Below are positions 1 to 8,452 of a stretch of DNA of 20,000 bases, one piece after another. Within the stretch, counting starts at the first letter, position 1. Each line of letters begins with the position of its first letter. The position numbers and the translations under genes were made by a program. The stretch spans positions 119,769 through 139,768 of the forward strand of contig JARGFH010000001.1 in assembly GCA_029210695.1 (NCBI GenBank), in the 5' to 3' direction. Source of the stretch: Acidimicrobiia bacterium (GTDB lineage: Bacteria; Actinomycetota; Acidimicrobiia; Spongiisociales; JAHEDJ01). A model generated the notes under the pieces. That model was not told the origin of the DNA. It saw only the letters and a list, made by a program, of their open reading frames with translations, and searched no databases.

Positions 1-1
1 T

Positions 2-181
2 TTCTTGCTCGATCTCGCCTTGCCGGCAACAGACGCAGGTGCGATCGCGCAGGCGGTGATCGCCGGAATGGCGCTGATCGTTGCCTCTTGGCTCGTCCGG
101 AAACGCCCGGAACCGCGCCTCTTCGTGATCGGCCTGGCCGTACTCAGCTTCTCGCTCATGGCCCTCCGCGCGGTGCACTGA
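2..181 (+). CDS. 3' end of a small membrane protein (truncated by window edge)
   Basis: Manual translation of frame 2: FLLDLALPATDAGAIAQAVIAGMALIVASWLVRKRPEPRLFVIGLAVLSFSLMALRAVH*, two hydrophobic helices with a basic loop, TGA at 179-181. Confidence 0.6.
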   Translation, partial: FLLDLALPATDAGAIAQAVIAGMALIVASWLVRKRPEPRLFVIGLAVLSFSLMALRAVH

Positions 182-255
182 GGCCGGCGACGTCTGCCGG
201 TTCCGGGCTTCCGAACGCCCGGCCGCGACAGGACCGGGGAATCAAGTCGCCGGCC
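182..255. terminator. GC-rich nested stem-loop between convergent genes, possible bidirectional terminator
   Basis: Perfect 10-bp IR GGCCGGCGAC (182-191)/GTCGCCGGCC (246-255) enclosing an inner stem CCGGGC (203-208)/GCCCGG (217-222); no U-tract. Confidence 0.4.
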
Positions 256-264
256 GATCGCACC

Positions 265-957
265 TCATTCCCAGGCGGCAACGACCTCCGGTACCTCGGC
301 CAGCGACACGACCTCCGCCTCGGGGAAGATGTCCGTGTCATTGGATCGGCCTGAACGATTCAGCCAGATGCCCCGGATCCCGGTGGCCTGCGCCCCGGCG
401 ACATCGTCGGACAGCGAGTCTCCAACGTATATGGCTTCGGCTGCAGGAGTCTCCGAGCGCTCCAACAAGATCCGAAAGATCCGGGGATCGGGTTTGGCTA
501 TGCCCTCATTGGCGGCGAGGACGATCGGGTCCAGAAACCTTTCTAATCCATATCGAGCGGGGTCGGTGTTCCCGTTGGTGAGCAGCGCCGTTCGGTAGCG
601 TCGGGACAGCAACATCAGCGCGGGCGCGGCATCGTCAAAGGGTACCGAGTGCTGCTCCTTCACGGCGAAGAACATCGCGTTCAGGCGGGCGGCCAGACCG
701 GGATCATCGATACCGGCTTCCTCCAGAGTGCGTTCGAAGGCTGCGTGCCGGACGACGGCCAGGTCGGCAACCCTCCCCTGCAACTCTGTTGCCACACGAT
801 CGCGGATCGCGATCATCCGCTCGACCGTGAGAGCTCCGGTCGATGGCCCGGGTCGAACGGTCCACAACTCCTCGAGGGTGCTCTGCAGTGCGGTTCGCAT
901 CGCTGCATCGAAATCCCAGAGGGTGTTGTCACCGTCGAACGCGATGAGACGGATCAT
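265..957 (-). CDS. HAD-superfamily hydrolase (YjjG/YigB-like)
   Basis: Motif I IAFDGDNTLWD, motif II LLTNG, motif III KPDPRIF, motif IV YVGDSLSDD; start moved to the ATG at 957, just before motif I. Confidence 0.9.
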   Translation of the reverse strand: MIRLIAFDGDNTLWDFDAAMRTALQSTLEELWTVRPGPSTGALTVERMIAIRDRVATELQGRVADLAVVRHAAFERTLEEAGIDDPGLAARLNAMFFAVKEQHSVPFDDAAPALMLLSRRYRTALLTNGNTDPARYGLERFLDPIVLAANEGIAKPDPRIFRILLERSETPAAEAIYVGDSLSDDVAGAQATGIRGIWLNRSGRSNDTDIFPEAEVVSLAEVPEVVAAWE

Positions 958-986
958 GGACTTGATTCTGCCCGCAGGTAGACCGG

Positions 987-2372
987 TCAGCGAACCGCCG
1001 GAGCCGGGGCGAGTTCGCCGAGGCCGACGTTCCACTGTTCGTCGGCAACACGAAACCCTTCAACCACGAGCGGAGCGATTGATGTGCCGACCGGCGTTGC
1101 TCCTGCATTTGGCGTGAACCGCACGAATCCGCCCTGTTCGCCGGGGCCCAGACTCAGCGAAGCGACGGCGTCGTCGTCATCGGACGAGACTGTGAGGCCG
1201 CCTGCCTCAGCCCTGGCGAGCAGCACCATGTTCGTGCTCTCGATCTCGGTTTCAACGACCGTCCAGCCCCCGCCGCCGCGCTGCCGATCCGCCGCTTCGA
1301 CTATCAACCGTTCGAAACCGTCCGCCATGTATTTCAACTGCTCTCCCTCGATCAAGGCCCGATTGATCGAGCCGATGCCGAGACGGGGCAGGCCCGCCAG
1401 CAGAGTCCCGGCTGCGGCACCCGCCCTGGTATTCAGCTCGGTGGGCAGGAAACCCATCTCTGTCATCACCCCATCCACGGTGAATGCACCGCGATAGTCC
1501 ACTCGCTGTCGCAAGTGCTCTCCGACCCGGCCGGCAACAGACCGCATGACATCTCGATCGCTCTCCGTCGGGTCCCAGAACGAGGCCGCGCCGCAGTACT
1601 TGAGTCGGTGTCCGGGCCGACGAAGCGTCATCAGCTCACACGGCCTCAGCGTTACCACCGTCTCAGGAAACACAAACCCGTGAATCGAGCACGGAATGCC
1701 TTCCAGAAAAGGCATGATCCGGACGCGGTCGCAGTGACGGCCGAAGAATTCGAGAGGCTCCTGCAGATCGCCGGGATGGGCAACCCACCTGACATATTCG
1801 GCCCCACCATTGAACCCATCCCTGGCATCTCCAGTGAGCACGATCCCCGCCCCGCGGTCGAACCCCGGCATTGCTCGCTCGATGGCGCTTCGCTCGACGG
1901 GGGTCACCACGGATGGGGCTCTTGCGACGCCGGCCGCGTCCCAGATCTCATCGACGATGATCTTGTCCTCGAGGGCGAGCCACTCCGGGCGCCGCCAGCC
2001 ATAAACCAATCTGCCCGCCATCGAATCCTGATAGAAGAACGGCCCGGCCAGCATCACAGCCCGACGCTCGGGATCCCATCGATCGAGCCGCTCCACCATC
2101 TCCGGGGTTGGATCGCGCAGGAGGCGTTCCATGATCCGAAACGACTCAATCATCGAACCGGCCCGTGTATCGAGTACCAACCAGTCTGCCGAGTCGGCTG
2201 CCGGAAGTTCGCCGGTGCCTACCCCTGAGGCGAACAAGAAGAGGTCGGTAGCTCCCAAGTCCCGGGCCGTTTTGACGAAGGATGTGAACCCTGCGAGTGG
2301 TGCACCAGACAAAATGACCTTCCGGCCTTCAAACTGGTACCGGGTCAGCTCCCGGTAATACTCGACGTCCAT
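987..2372 (-). CDS. ATP-grasp-fold protein, substrate unknown
   Basis: LEDK..DEIW..AGV segment, IMPFLEG, YRGAFTVDG and the metal-binding ELNTR (ExN) motif; ATG at 2372 with TACCCT 6 nt upstream. Confidence 0.7.
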   Translation of the reverse strand: MDVEYYRELTRYQFEGRKVILSGAPLAGFTSFVKTARDLGATDLFLFASGVGTGELPAADSADWLVLDTRAGSMIESFRIMERLLRDPTPEMVERLDRWDPERRAVMLAGPFFYQDSMAGRLVYGWRRPEWLALEDKIIVDEIWDAAGVARAPSVVTPVERSAIERAMPGFDRGAGIVLTGDARDGFNGGAEYVRWVAHPGDLQEPLEFFGRHCDRVRIMPFLEGIPCSIHGFVFPETVVTLRPCELMTLRRPGHRLKYCGAASFWDPTESDRDVMRSVAGRVGEHLRQRVDYRGAFTVDGVMTEMGFLPTELNTRAGAAAGTLLAGLPRLGIGSINRALIEGEQLKYMADGFERLIVEAADRQRGGGGWTVVETEIESTNMVLLARAEAGGLTVSSDDDDAVASLSLGPGEQGGFVRFTPNAGATPVGTSIAPLVVEGFRVADEQWNVGLGELAPAPAVR

Positions 2373-2457
2373 TGCCCAAGGGTATTCGAGAATCGGAGTC
2401 CCGGGTCGGCGCAACGCGTTTCGCAAACCGGCGCCAGCTTCGGCGGGCGACCAATGA

Positions 2458-3366
2458 CTAGGGGCCAACCACTCCCACAAGAAAGCCGTCATCGTCGATC
2501 ACCGGAACGGGAGCGCCTCCCAGCGCCTCGCCGACCTGGCCTATCTCATCGATCGGAGAATCGACCATCACGGCGACAGGGTCTTCCATGACTTCCCCAA
2601 CTTGGGTGCCGGCACCGGCCAGCATCAGGGCCGATCGGCGGACGATGCCCACGAGCTTCCCATTATCCGCCACCGGCAACACCGGAAACTCAATGAGAGC
2701 GAGGGCATCCGCCGTTCCGAGCATGGGACTGACGTAAGCCTCGGGTTGCCGGAGAAGCTGAAAGGCGCGCTGCGGCGCCGATCGCACGACGACGGTTCCC
2801 GATGGAGCACGATTCTGCAAGCGTCGACCAGTTCCGAAGAATTGGCGTTGCAGCCAGGATCCGCCGGGGGCTCCAACGACCAGGAGCGAACCTGCGTCGA
2901 GTTCTGCCGTCAGGTCGGCCGGCTGATCCGCCTCGATGAGCCTGTAGGGGATGTCCTCGACGAGCGCGGCGATCATGGCCAGGCTCTCCCGCACCTCCGA
3001 CCGCCGGTCGTCGGCTCCGTACGACGACACCAGCTCCGCCGAAACGTCGAGGGACTCCGAGAGCTGCCTGGCAACGACGGCGGCCAGTTCGGAGTGGGGA
3101 CCTCCCGCAACGGCCGCAGTCACGGATGTGACCGCTTCGAGGTCGAGTTCATGCGGAACCGCAACTGAAACCAGATTGAAGTTGGTCAGTCGCCGGGTCA
3201 CCAGCAGTTCCGCGCGGGCGGCCCTGCAGATCTCCTCGAGGTCCCCTTCAACCCGAACGGCACCCGGAGAGATCGCGTCGGCGAGTTCACCGCACCCCTC
3301 GCCGCGGGTCCACACAACGGACCGCAATGAGAAGTGAGACGACTCCGGCTGGGGGGCAGCGACCAT
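2458..3366 (-). CDS. Universal-stress-protein-like domain fused to a CBS pair
   Basis: AVAGGPHSELA and LLVVGAPGG...VVVRS (USP-like); LPVADNGKLVGIV and VPVIDDDGFLVGVV (CBS); GAAGGA SD upstream of ATG at 3366. Confidence 0.75.
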   Translation of the reverse strand: MVAAPQPESSHFSLRSVVWTRGEGCGELADAISPGAVRVEGDLEEICRAARAELLVTRRLTNFNLVSVAVPHELDLEAVTSVTAAVAGGPHSELAAVVARQLSESLDVSAELVSSYGADDRRSEVRESLAMIAALVEDIPYRLIEADQPADLTAELDAGSLLVVGAPGGSWLQRQFFGTGRRLQNRAPSGTVVVRSAPQRAFQLLRQPEAYVSPMLGTADALALIEFPVLPVADNGKLVGIVRRSALMLAGAGTQVGEVMEDPVAVMVDSPIDEIGQVGEALGGAPVPVIDDDGFLVGVVGP

Positions 3367-3516
3367 ACGTTCCTTCAGTGTGGGACCCTTTGATCTCGAA
3401 CGCAAGCTGCCGGCACTTGCCTTTCAAGATCGACCACCGAAGATCGAGCACCATCAACCGGTAAACGGCCTTCGACTTGGGAATCGCGGCCGGAGTCCGT
3501 ACATTCTTTTCTCGCA

Positions 3517-4653
3517 ATGATTATTGGCATACCCAAGACCACAGAGGCCGGTGAGCATCGGGTGTCCCTGACTCCCGATGTTGTCGCCCGCCTGACGAAA
3601 GAAGGCCACGAGGTCGTCGTGCAGTCCGGAGCCGGAACGGCTGCCGGATTCATCGACGAAGCCTACGAAGGATCCGGCGCATCGATCGGCGATGCCGCCC
3701 GGGCCTGGTCGGCGGATGTTGTGTGCTCCGTATCGTTCCCGTCCGATGAAGGTGCTTCGCACCTCAAGCCCGGAGCGGTCGTACTCGGCATGCTGCAACC
3801 GCTCGATCAGCCCGGCCGGTTCCCGGCGCTCGCCTCGACCGGTGTGACCTCGATCGCATTCGAGGCCGTTCCCCGCACGACGCGCGCTCAATCCATGGAC
3901 GTGCTGTCATCACAAGCGACGGTTGCCGGCTACCAGGCGGTCCTCATGGCTGCAGACAGACTCGACAAGTTCTTTCCCATGCTGACCACTGCGGCAGGCA
4001 CAATCGCCCCATCGAAAGTGCTCATCCTTGGTGCAGGCGTGGCGGGCCTAATGGCTATCGCCACCGCTCGCAGGCTCGGAGCGATCGTCTTTGCCTTCGA
4101 CGTCCGGGCAGAGGCCGCCGAGCAAGTCCAGTCTCTCGGCGCCCGATTCGTCAGCGTCGAAATAGAACAGCAGGATTCCTCCGCGACGGGCGGATACGCC
4201 AAAGAAGTCGCCGAGGACACCCAGGCGAAGATCCTGGCGGGCTTGGCCAAACCGGTCGCCGAGGCGGATGTCGTCATCTCGACGGCGCAGATTCCCGGGC
4301 GCCCTGCTCCGCTGTTGATCACACGGCAGATGGTGGAATCGATGCGTCCGGGAGCGATCATCATCGACCTGGCCGCCCCGACGGGCGGTAACTGCGAGTT
4401 GACCCGGGCCGGCGAATCGGTCGTTCATTCCAACGTGACGATCGAAGGCCCGACCAACCTACCCAGCATGGCTGCCGGAGATGCGTCGCGCATGTTCGGA
4501 CGAAACGCGCTGGCCCTCATGAAGCTCTTCCTCACCGAGGAGGGATTGAATATCGACTTCGAAGACGACATCATCGAAGGCTCGGTCATCACCCACGGAG
4601 GCGCGGTCGTGCATCCACGGGTCAAGTCACTACTCGACGGAGGAGGTAACTGA
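3517..4653 (+). CDS. pntAA: NAD(P) transhydrogenase alpha subunit part 1 (domain I)
   Basis: GEHRVSLTP, RAQSMDVLSSQ, FFPMLTTAAG, GAGVAG NAD-binding motif, GGYAKE, GGNCELT. Confidence 0.96.
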   Translation: MIIGIPKTTEAGEHRVSLTPDVVARLTKEGHEVVVQSGAGTAAGFIDEAYEGSGASIGDAARAWSADVVCSVSFPSDEGASHLKPGAVVLGMLQPLDQPGRFPALASTGVTSIAFEAVPRTTRAQSMDVLSSQATVAGYQAVLMAADRLDKFFPMLTTAAGTIAPSKVLILGAGVAGLMAIATARRLGAIVFAFDVRAEAAEQVQSLGARFVSVEIEQQDSSATGGYAKEVAEDTQAKILAGLAKPVAEADVVISTAQIPGRPAPLLITRQMVESMRPGAIIIDLAAPTGGNCELTRAGESVVHSNVTIEGPTNLPSMAAGDASRMFGRNALALMKLFLTEEGLNIDFEDDIIEGSVITHGGAVVHPRVKSLLDGGGN

Positions 4654-4934
4654 TGGAACTCGTGATCTCCATCACCGTGTTCGTCCTCGCCGCTTTCGTT
4701 GGATTCGAGGTAATCACCAAGGTGCCGCCCACGCTGCACACCCCATTGATGTCCGGATCGAACGCGATTTCAGGTGTCACGATCATCGGCGCTCTCATCG
4801 TCGCCGGAAAAGCAGACAGCACACTTGGTGAGGTGCTGGCATTTCTGGCGGTGACAATGGCAATGATCAACGTTATCGGAGGATTCCTGGTTACAGATCG
4901 CATGCTCGAGATGTTCAAGAAGAAGGAGCGCTGA
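4653..4934 (+). CDS. pntAB: NAD(P) transhydrogenase alpha subunit part 2 (membrane)
   Basis: VPPTLHTPLMSGSNAISG and NVIGGFLVTDRMLEMF signatures; TGATG overlap with pntAA. Confidence 0.96.
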   Translation: MELVISITVFVLAAFVGFEVITKVPPTLHTPLMSGSNAISGVTIIGALIVAGKADSTLGEVLAFLAVTMAMINVIGGFLVTDRMLEMFKKKER

Positions 4935-6307
4935 TGAGCCAGGAAGTCTCAGCTCTCATCTATCTCGTTGCTGCTGCGCTGTTCATCTTCGGTCTGAAGC
5001 GGTTGTCGTCACCGGCCACGGCCCGCTCCGGCAACCAGATGGCTGCCGCCGGAATGGCGATCGCGATCATCGTGACGTTGACCAACAGTGGCATCAGCGC
5101 CTGGACGATCATCGCCGGCATCATCGTCGGCAGCGGAGTCGGCGCCTACCTGGCCAGGACGGTCGAGATGACCGGAATGCCCGAGCTCGTCGCGGCTTTC
5201 AACGGCTTCGGCGGTGGGGCGTCGGTGATGGTCGCCTCGGCCGAGTTCCTACAGAACCCGGACCCTGCGGTACAGACCGTCGTGACGATTGCCCTCTCCG
5301 TGGTGATCGGTGCGATTACCTTCTCCGGCAGCTTCATGGCCTGGGGCAAGCTGAACGGAAAGCTCCCGGGACAACCGTTCGGCTATCCGGCCCAGAAGCT
5401 GATCGACCCACTCATCGTGGCGGTAATCGTCCTCCTCGGCGTCCTGTTGGTTCTCGACGTCGGCGGATCTCTGGTCCTGTGGATCTTGTTGGTACTCGGC
5501 CTGGTGCTGGGAATCACCCGTGTCATCCCTATCGGCGGGGCCGATATGCCGGTCGTCATCTCGCTCTTGAATGCGTTCTCGGGTGTGGCGGCGTCGATGG
5601 CCGGGTTTGTCATCAATGAGAATGCCCTGATCATCTCGGGCGCCCTCGTTGGAGCCTCCGGGCTGATCCTCACCAACATCATGGTGAAGGCGATGAATCG
5701 CTCCATCGCCAATGTTCTGTTCGCCGCCTTCGGCGGTGCGGATTCAACCGGGCAGGGTGGAACGACCAGCGACAAGCCGGTGAAGGCGGCTTCTGCTGAG
5801 GATGTTGCGATCACCATGGGATATGCCCGGTCTGTGATCGTGGTTCCGGGCTACGGCCTGGCGGTGGCGCAAGCGCAGCATGTGCTGCGTGAGTTGGCCG
5901 ACCTCCTCGAAGAGAAAGGTGTCGACGTCCGGTACGCGATTCATCCGGTGGCAGGGCGCATGCCGGGCCACATGAATGTGCTGCTGGCCGAAGCTGATGT
6001 GTCGTACGACAAGCTATTCGCCCTGGAGGACATCAACGGGGACTTCCCCCGGACGGACGTAGCGCTCATCGTGGGAGCCAACGACGTCGTCAATCCGGCC
6101 GCCCGAGAGGATGAGACATCTCCGATCTACGGAATGCCGATCCTCGACGTAGACTTCGCCACCACCACCGTGGTGATCAAGCGGAGCCTATCGCCGGGTT
6201 TCGCCGGAATCGACAACCCCCTGTTCTACAACGAGAACAACCTGATGCTCTTCGGCGACGCCAAGGCCGCCATCCAGGAACTCGTGAAGGCGGTAGCTGA
6301 GCTCTAG
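4934..6307 (+). CDS. pntB: NAD(P) transhydrogenase beta subunit
   Basis: MPELVAAFNGFGG, IGGADMPVVISLLN, VPGYGLAVAQAQ, HPVAGRMPGHMNVLLAEA, GANDVVNPAA. Confidence 0.97.
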   Translation: MSQEVSALIYLVAAALFIFGLKRLSSPATARSGNQMAAAGMAIAIIVTLTNSGISAWTIIAGIIVGSGVGAYLARTVEMTGMPELVAAFNGFGGGASVMVASAEFLQNPDPAVQTVVTIALSVVIGAITFSGSFMAWGKLNGKLPGQPFGYPAQKLIDPLIVAVIVLLGVLLVLDVGGSLVLWILLVLGLVLGITRVIPIGGADMPVVISLLNAFSGVAASMAGFVINENALIISGALVGASGLILTNIMVKAMNRSIANVLFAAFGGADSTGQGGTTSDKPVKAASAEDVAITMGYARSVIVVPGYGLAVAQAQHVLRELADLLEEKGVDVRYAIHPVAGRMPGHMNVLLAEADVSYDKLFALEDINGDFPRTDVALIVGANDVVNPAAREDETSPIYGMPILDVDFATTTVVIKRSLSPGFAGIDNPLFYNENNLMLFGDAKAAIQELVKAVAEL

Positions 6308-6332
6308 CAGCCGGCTGGAACGCCGGTCATTT

Positions 6333-6365
6333 GAAGCGGCGAGCCCCATCAGGCTCGCCGCATTC
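6333..6365. terminator. Hairpin between convergent pntB and methyltransferase genes
   Basis: Perfect 10-bp stem GCGGCGAGCC (6336-6345)/GGCTCGCCGC (6352-6361), 6-nt loop, extendable by GAA/TTC. Confidence 0.6.
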
Positions 6366-6383
6366 GATGGGACGTCGGCTCAG

Positions 6384-7175
6384 TCAACGGGTGGCGGTAA
6401 CAGAAAACATCAACGGGATGCGCGGCGTATCCGCCGGTAGCCTCCACCATCCATTCTGATCCTGCACCATATGGGGCATGGCCTGCCAGGCGATCTGATC
6501 GTATTCCCGAAATCCTGTGATCGTCAGGCCGGCCGTGACAAGCGCACCGAGGACATCTTCGATCGGGTGCAGCCGTTCGAGGGTGTTGGTCATAGGTCCA
6601 TGCGGATCGGCATACGATCCGGTCTCCTCAAAAGCGAGGGCCTCTCGCGAGAAGTAGTCATAGCGGAGGCGCATCGCCCCGTCGCTTCGCTCATCGTCGA
6701 ACATCCAGAGCACCGGGTGGCCGTCGACCAGAACGAACCTTCCATGCGGCTTCAGGTGCTTCGCCACGGTCCTGGCCCACGAACGGAGTTCGGGTAGCCA
6801 TCCCAGCACACCGTGAGAACTGAAGACGATATCGAACTCTTCGCCGAGATCGAGGGCGAGCACGTTGCCAACCCTGAACCTCGTGTTGAGCTTGAGGTCG
6901 AAGGCCAGGCCGGTTGCAGCAGATATGGCGACTTCCGAGAAGTCGACGCCGGTGGCGATCGCTCCTCTACGGGTCCAGGACATCGTATCGAGCCCGAAAT
7001 GGCACTGAAGATGAAGCAGGTTCATACCCACAACACCTCCGACCAACCCGCTCTCCACATCGTCGATCGTATCCCGGCCGGCTTTGAAGGACTCGACGTC
7101 GTAGAAGTCGGAGGCAACGTGACCAGGGGTGACGGCATCCCAATGCCTTCGGTTGACTGAAACGAAGTTCGACAT
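6384..7175 (-). CDS. Class I SAM-dependent methyltransferase
   Basis: LLHLQCHFGLDT variant of motif I, GVDFS, FDIVFSSHG, LKPHGRFVLVD; GGAGG SD upstream of ATG at 7175. Confidence 0.88.
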   Translation of the reverse strand: MSNFVSVNRRHWDAVTPGHVASDFYDVESFKAGRDTIDDVESGLVGGVVGMNLLHLQCHFGLDTMSWTRRGAIATGVDFSEVAISAATGLAFDLKLNTRFRVGNVLALDLGEEFDIVFSSHGVLGWLPELRSWARTVAKHLKPHGRFVLVDGHPVLWMFDDERSDGAMRLRYDYFSREALAFEETGSYADPHGPMTNTLERLHPIEDVLGALVTAGLTITGFREYDQIAWQAMPHMVQDQNGWWRLPADTPRIPLMFSVTATR

Positions 7176-7200
7176 AGGCGCCTCCGGGGTAGGTAGCAGG

Positions 7201-7707
7201 TTACACGCCTGCGCTGTTTCCAATGAACAATCCAACCCGAAAGCCCACTTCGAGCTTGGGTTTGCTGCGGCCTGCTTCTCCGAAGAAGAACCCAAGCAGC
7301 ATGCGCGCCTCGTCGAGGTCATCGAAGGCAAAGACTGTGTCGACCACTTCGCAATCGAATCCGAACATCTGCCACCTATCGATGTCGGCGCAGTGTGCCT
7401 CTCGGCCCTCGACGTATGCGGAAAACTCGTCATCGCCGAGGTTGTCGACAATCAGCAGAGGTCCGCCGGGCTTGACCACGCGGTGCAGCTCGTTGAGACC
7501 GGGCGTCGGGTCCCACCCTCCGGAAGTGAAGAAGTAGGCCCAGCTCGCATAGGCACCATCCACGGCTGCGGCGAAGAACGGCAGGTGCTCTGCATCGCCG
7601 CGAACCCAGGGCAGCGGCTTGTCCCGGGACACCGGACGGTCCATCGCCCGACGTTCGATTTCGAACATCGTCGGATCGTCGGCACCGTAGAAAGGAATGA
7701 CGGCCAT
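7201..7707 (-). pseudogene. Methyltransferase type 11-like ORF lacking SAM-binding motif I (probable in-frame deletion)
   Basis: Retains GDAEHLPF, DGAYASWAYF and ELHRVVKPGGPLLIVD, but only 36 residues precede GDA and there is no LDxGxGxG. Confidence 0.55.
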
Positions 7708-7722
7708 CCCCGAATGTTGCCA

Positions 7723-7835
7723 GTTTCTCGGCAATACAACGTACGGTTTCGCGTACACAGCATTGCTGAGAATCCTTCCAGATTTTTCTCGGCAATGCTG
7801 TGGTCGGTTTTTCGTGCATAGCATTGCCGAGAAAC
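7723..7835. repeat. Tandem pair of ~50-bp palindromes (four arms of a TTTCTCGGCAATG-type motif)
   Basis: Unit 1 at 7724-7773 and unit 2 at 7785-7834 (period 61); the outer ends form a perfect 13-bp IR GTTTCTCGGCAAT/ATTGCCGAGAAAC. Confidence 0.9.
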
Positions 7836-7846
7836 AGGAGTTCACA

Positions 7847-8452
7847 TTGGAATTGAGCGAGATTCTCAAGAAGCGCCGCATGGTGCGCAACTACACGGAC
7901 GAACCGGTTGACAGAGGCGCCATCGAACGGATCGTCCAGACCGGCCGGCGTGCCCCGAGCGCCGGGTTCACCCAGGGCCAGTCGTTCGTCGTCGTCACCG
8001 ATCCTTCCATCCGGGCTGAGATCGCAAAGCTGGCCGGTGAACCCGACTACGTCGAGGCCGGATTCGACCCGTGGATTTCGCGTGCGCCGGTCCACGTGAT
8101 CGTGTGCATCAATGAGCAGGACTACCACCGGCGGTACCGGGAGCACGACAAGGCGCCGGACGGAGACATGTTGTGGCCGGTCCCCTACTGGTGGGTCGAT
8201 GCCGGTGCGTCGATGATGCTCGTGCTTCTGGCAGCCGTCGAAGAAGGCCTGGCGGCGGGGTTTCTCGGCGTGCACTCAATCCCGGATCTCAAAGCGCTCC
8301 TGGCCATTCCGGATGAGGTTGAGCCGATTGGAGTCATCACAATCGGCCATCCGGCCCCGGATCGGAAATCCGGATCGCTCAAGCGAGGGTGGAGACCCGA
8401 CACCGAGATCAAACACTGGCAACGCTGGAACTCACCCGGCGAAGGCGAGTAG
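7847..8452 (+). CDS. Nitroreductase-family flavoprotein
   Basis: RRMVRNY, APSAGFTQ, DAGASMMLVLLAAVEEGL, ITIGHP; CAGGAG SD at 7835-7840 before TTG at 7847. Confidence 0.9.
   Translation: MELSEILKKRRMVRNYTDEPVDRGAIERIVQTGRRAPSAGFTQGQSFVVVTDPSIRAEIAKLAGEPDYVEAGFDPWISRAPVHVIVCINEQDYHRRYREHDKAPDGDMLWPVPYWWVDAGASMMLVLLAAVEEGLAAGFLGVHSIPDLKALLAIPDEVEPIGVITIGHPAPDRKSGSLKRGWRPDTEIKHWQRWNSPGEGE

Noticed and set aside
3383..3398. GGGACCCTTTGATCTC upstream of the USP-CBS gene as a DosR-like box
   Set aside because: Half-site spacing and the right half do not fit GGGAC-N4-GTCCC; too weak to call.
3367..3516. Rex operator or riboswitch upstream of the pnt operon
   Set aside because: No TTGTGAA-N4-TTCACAA-like palindrome or recognisable riboswitch motif.
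7723..7835. Possible mini-CRISPR array (61-bp period)
   Set aside because: Only two units, the arms alternate in orientation, the linker is 11 bp and there are no cas genes in the window.
7176..7890. Long N-terminal extensions in the ORF track (starts at 7451, 7697 and 7890)
   Set aside because: They overlap neighbouring genes or the palindrome; better-supported starts are at 7175, 7847 and 7707.
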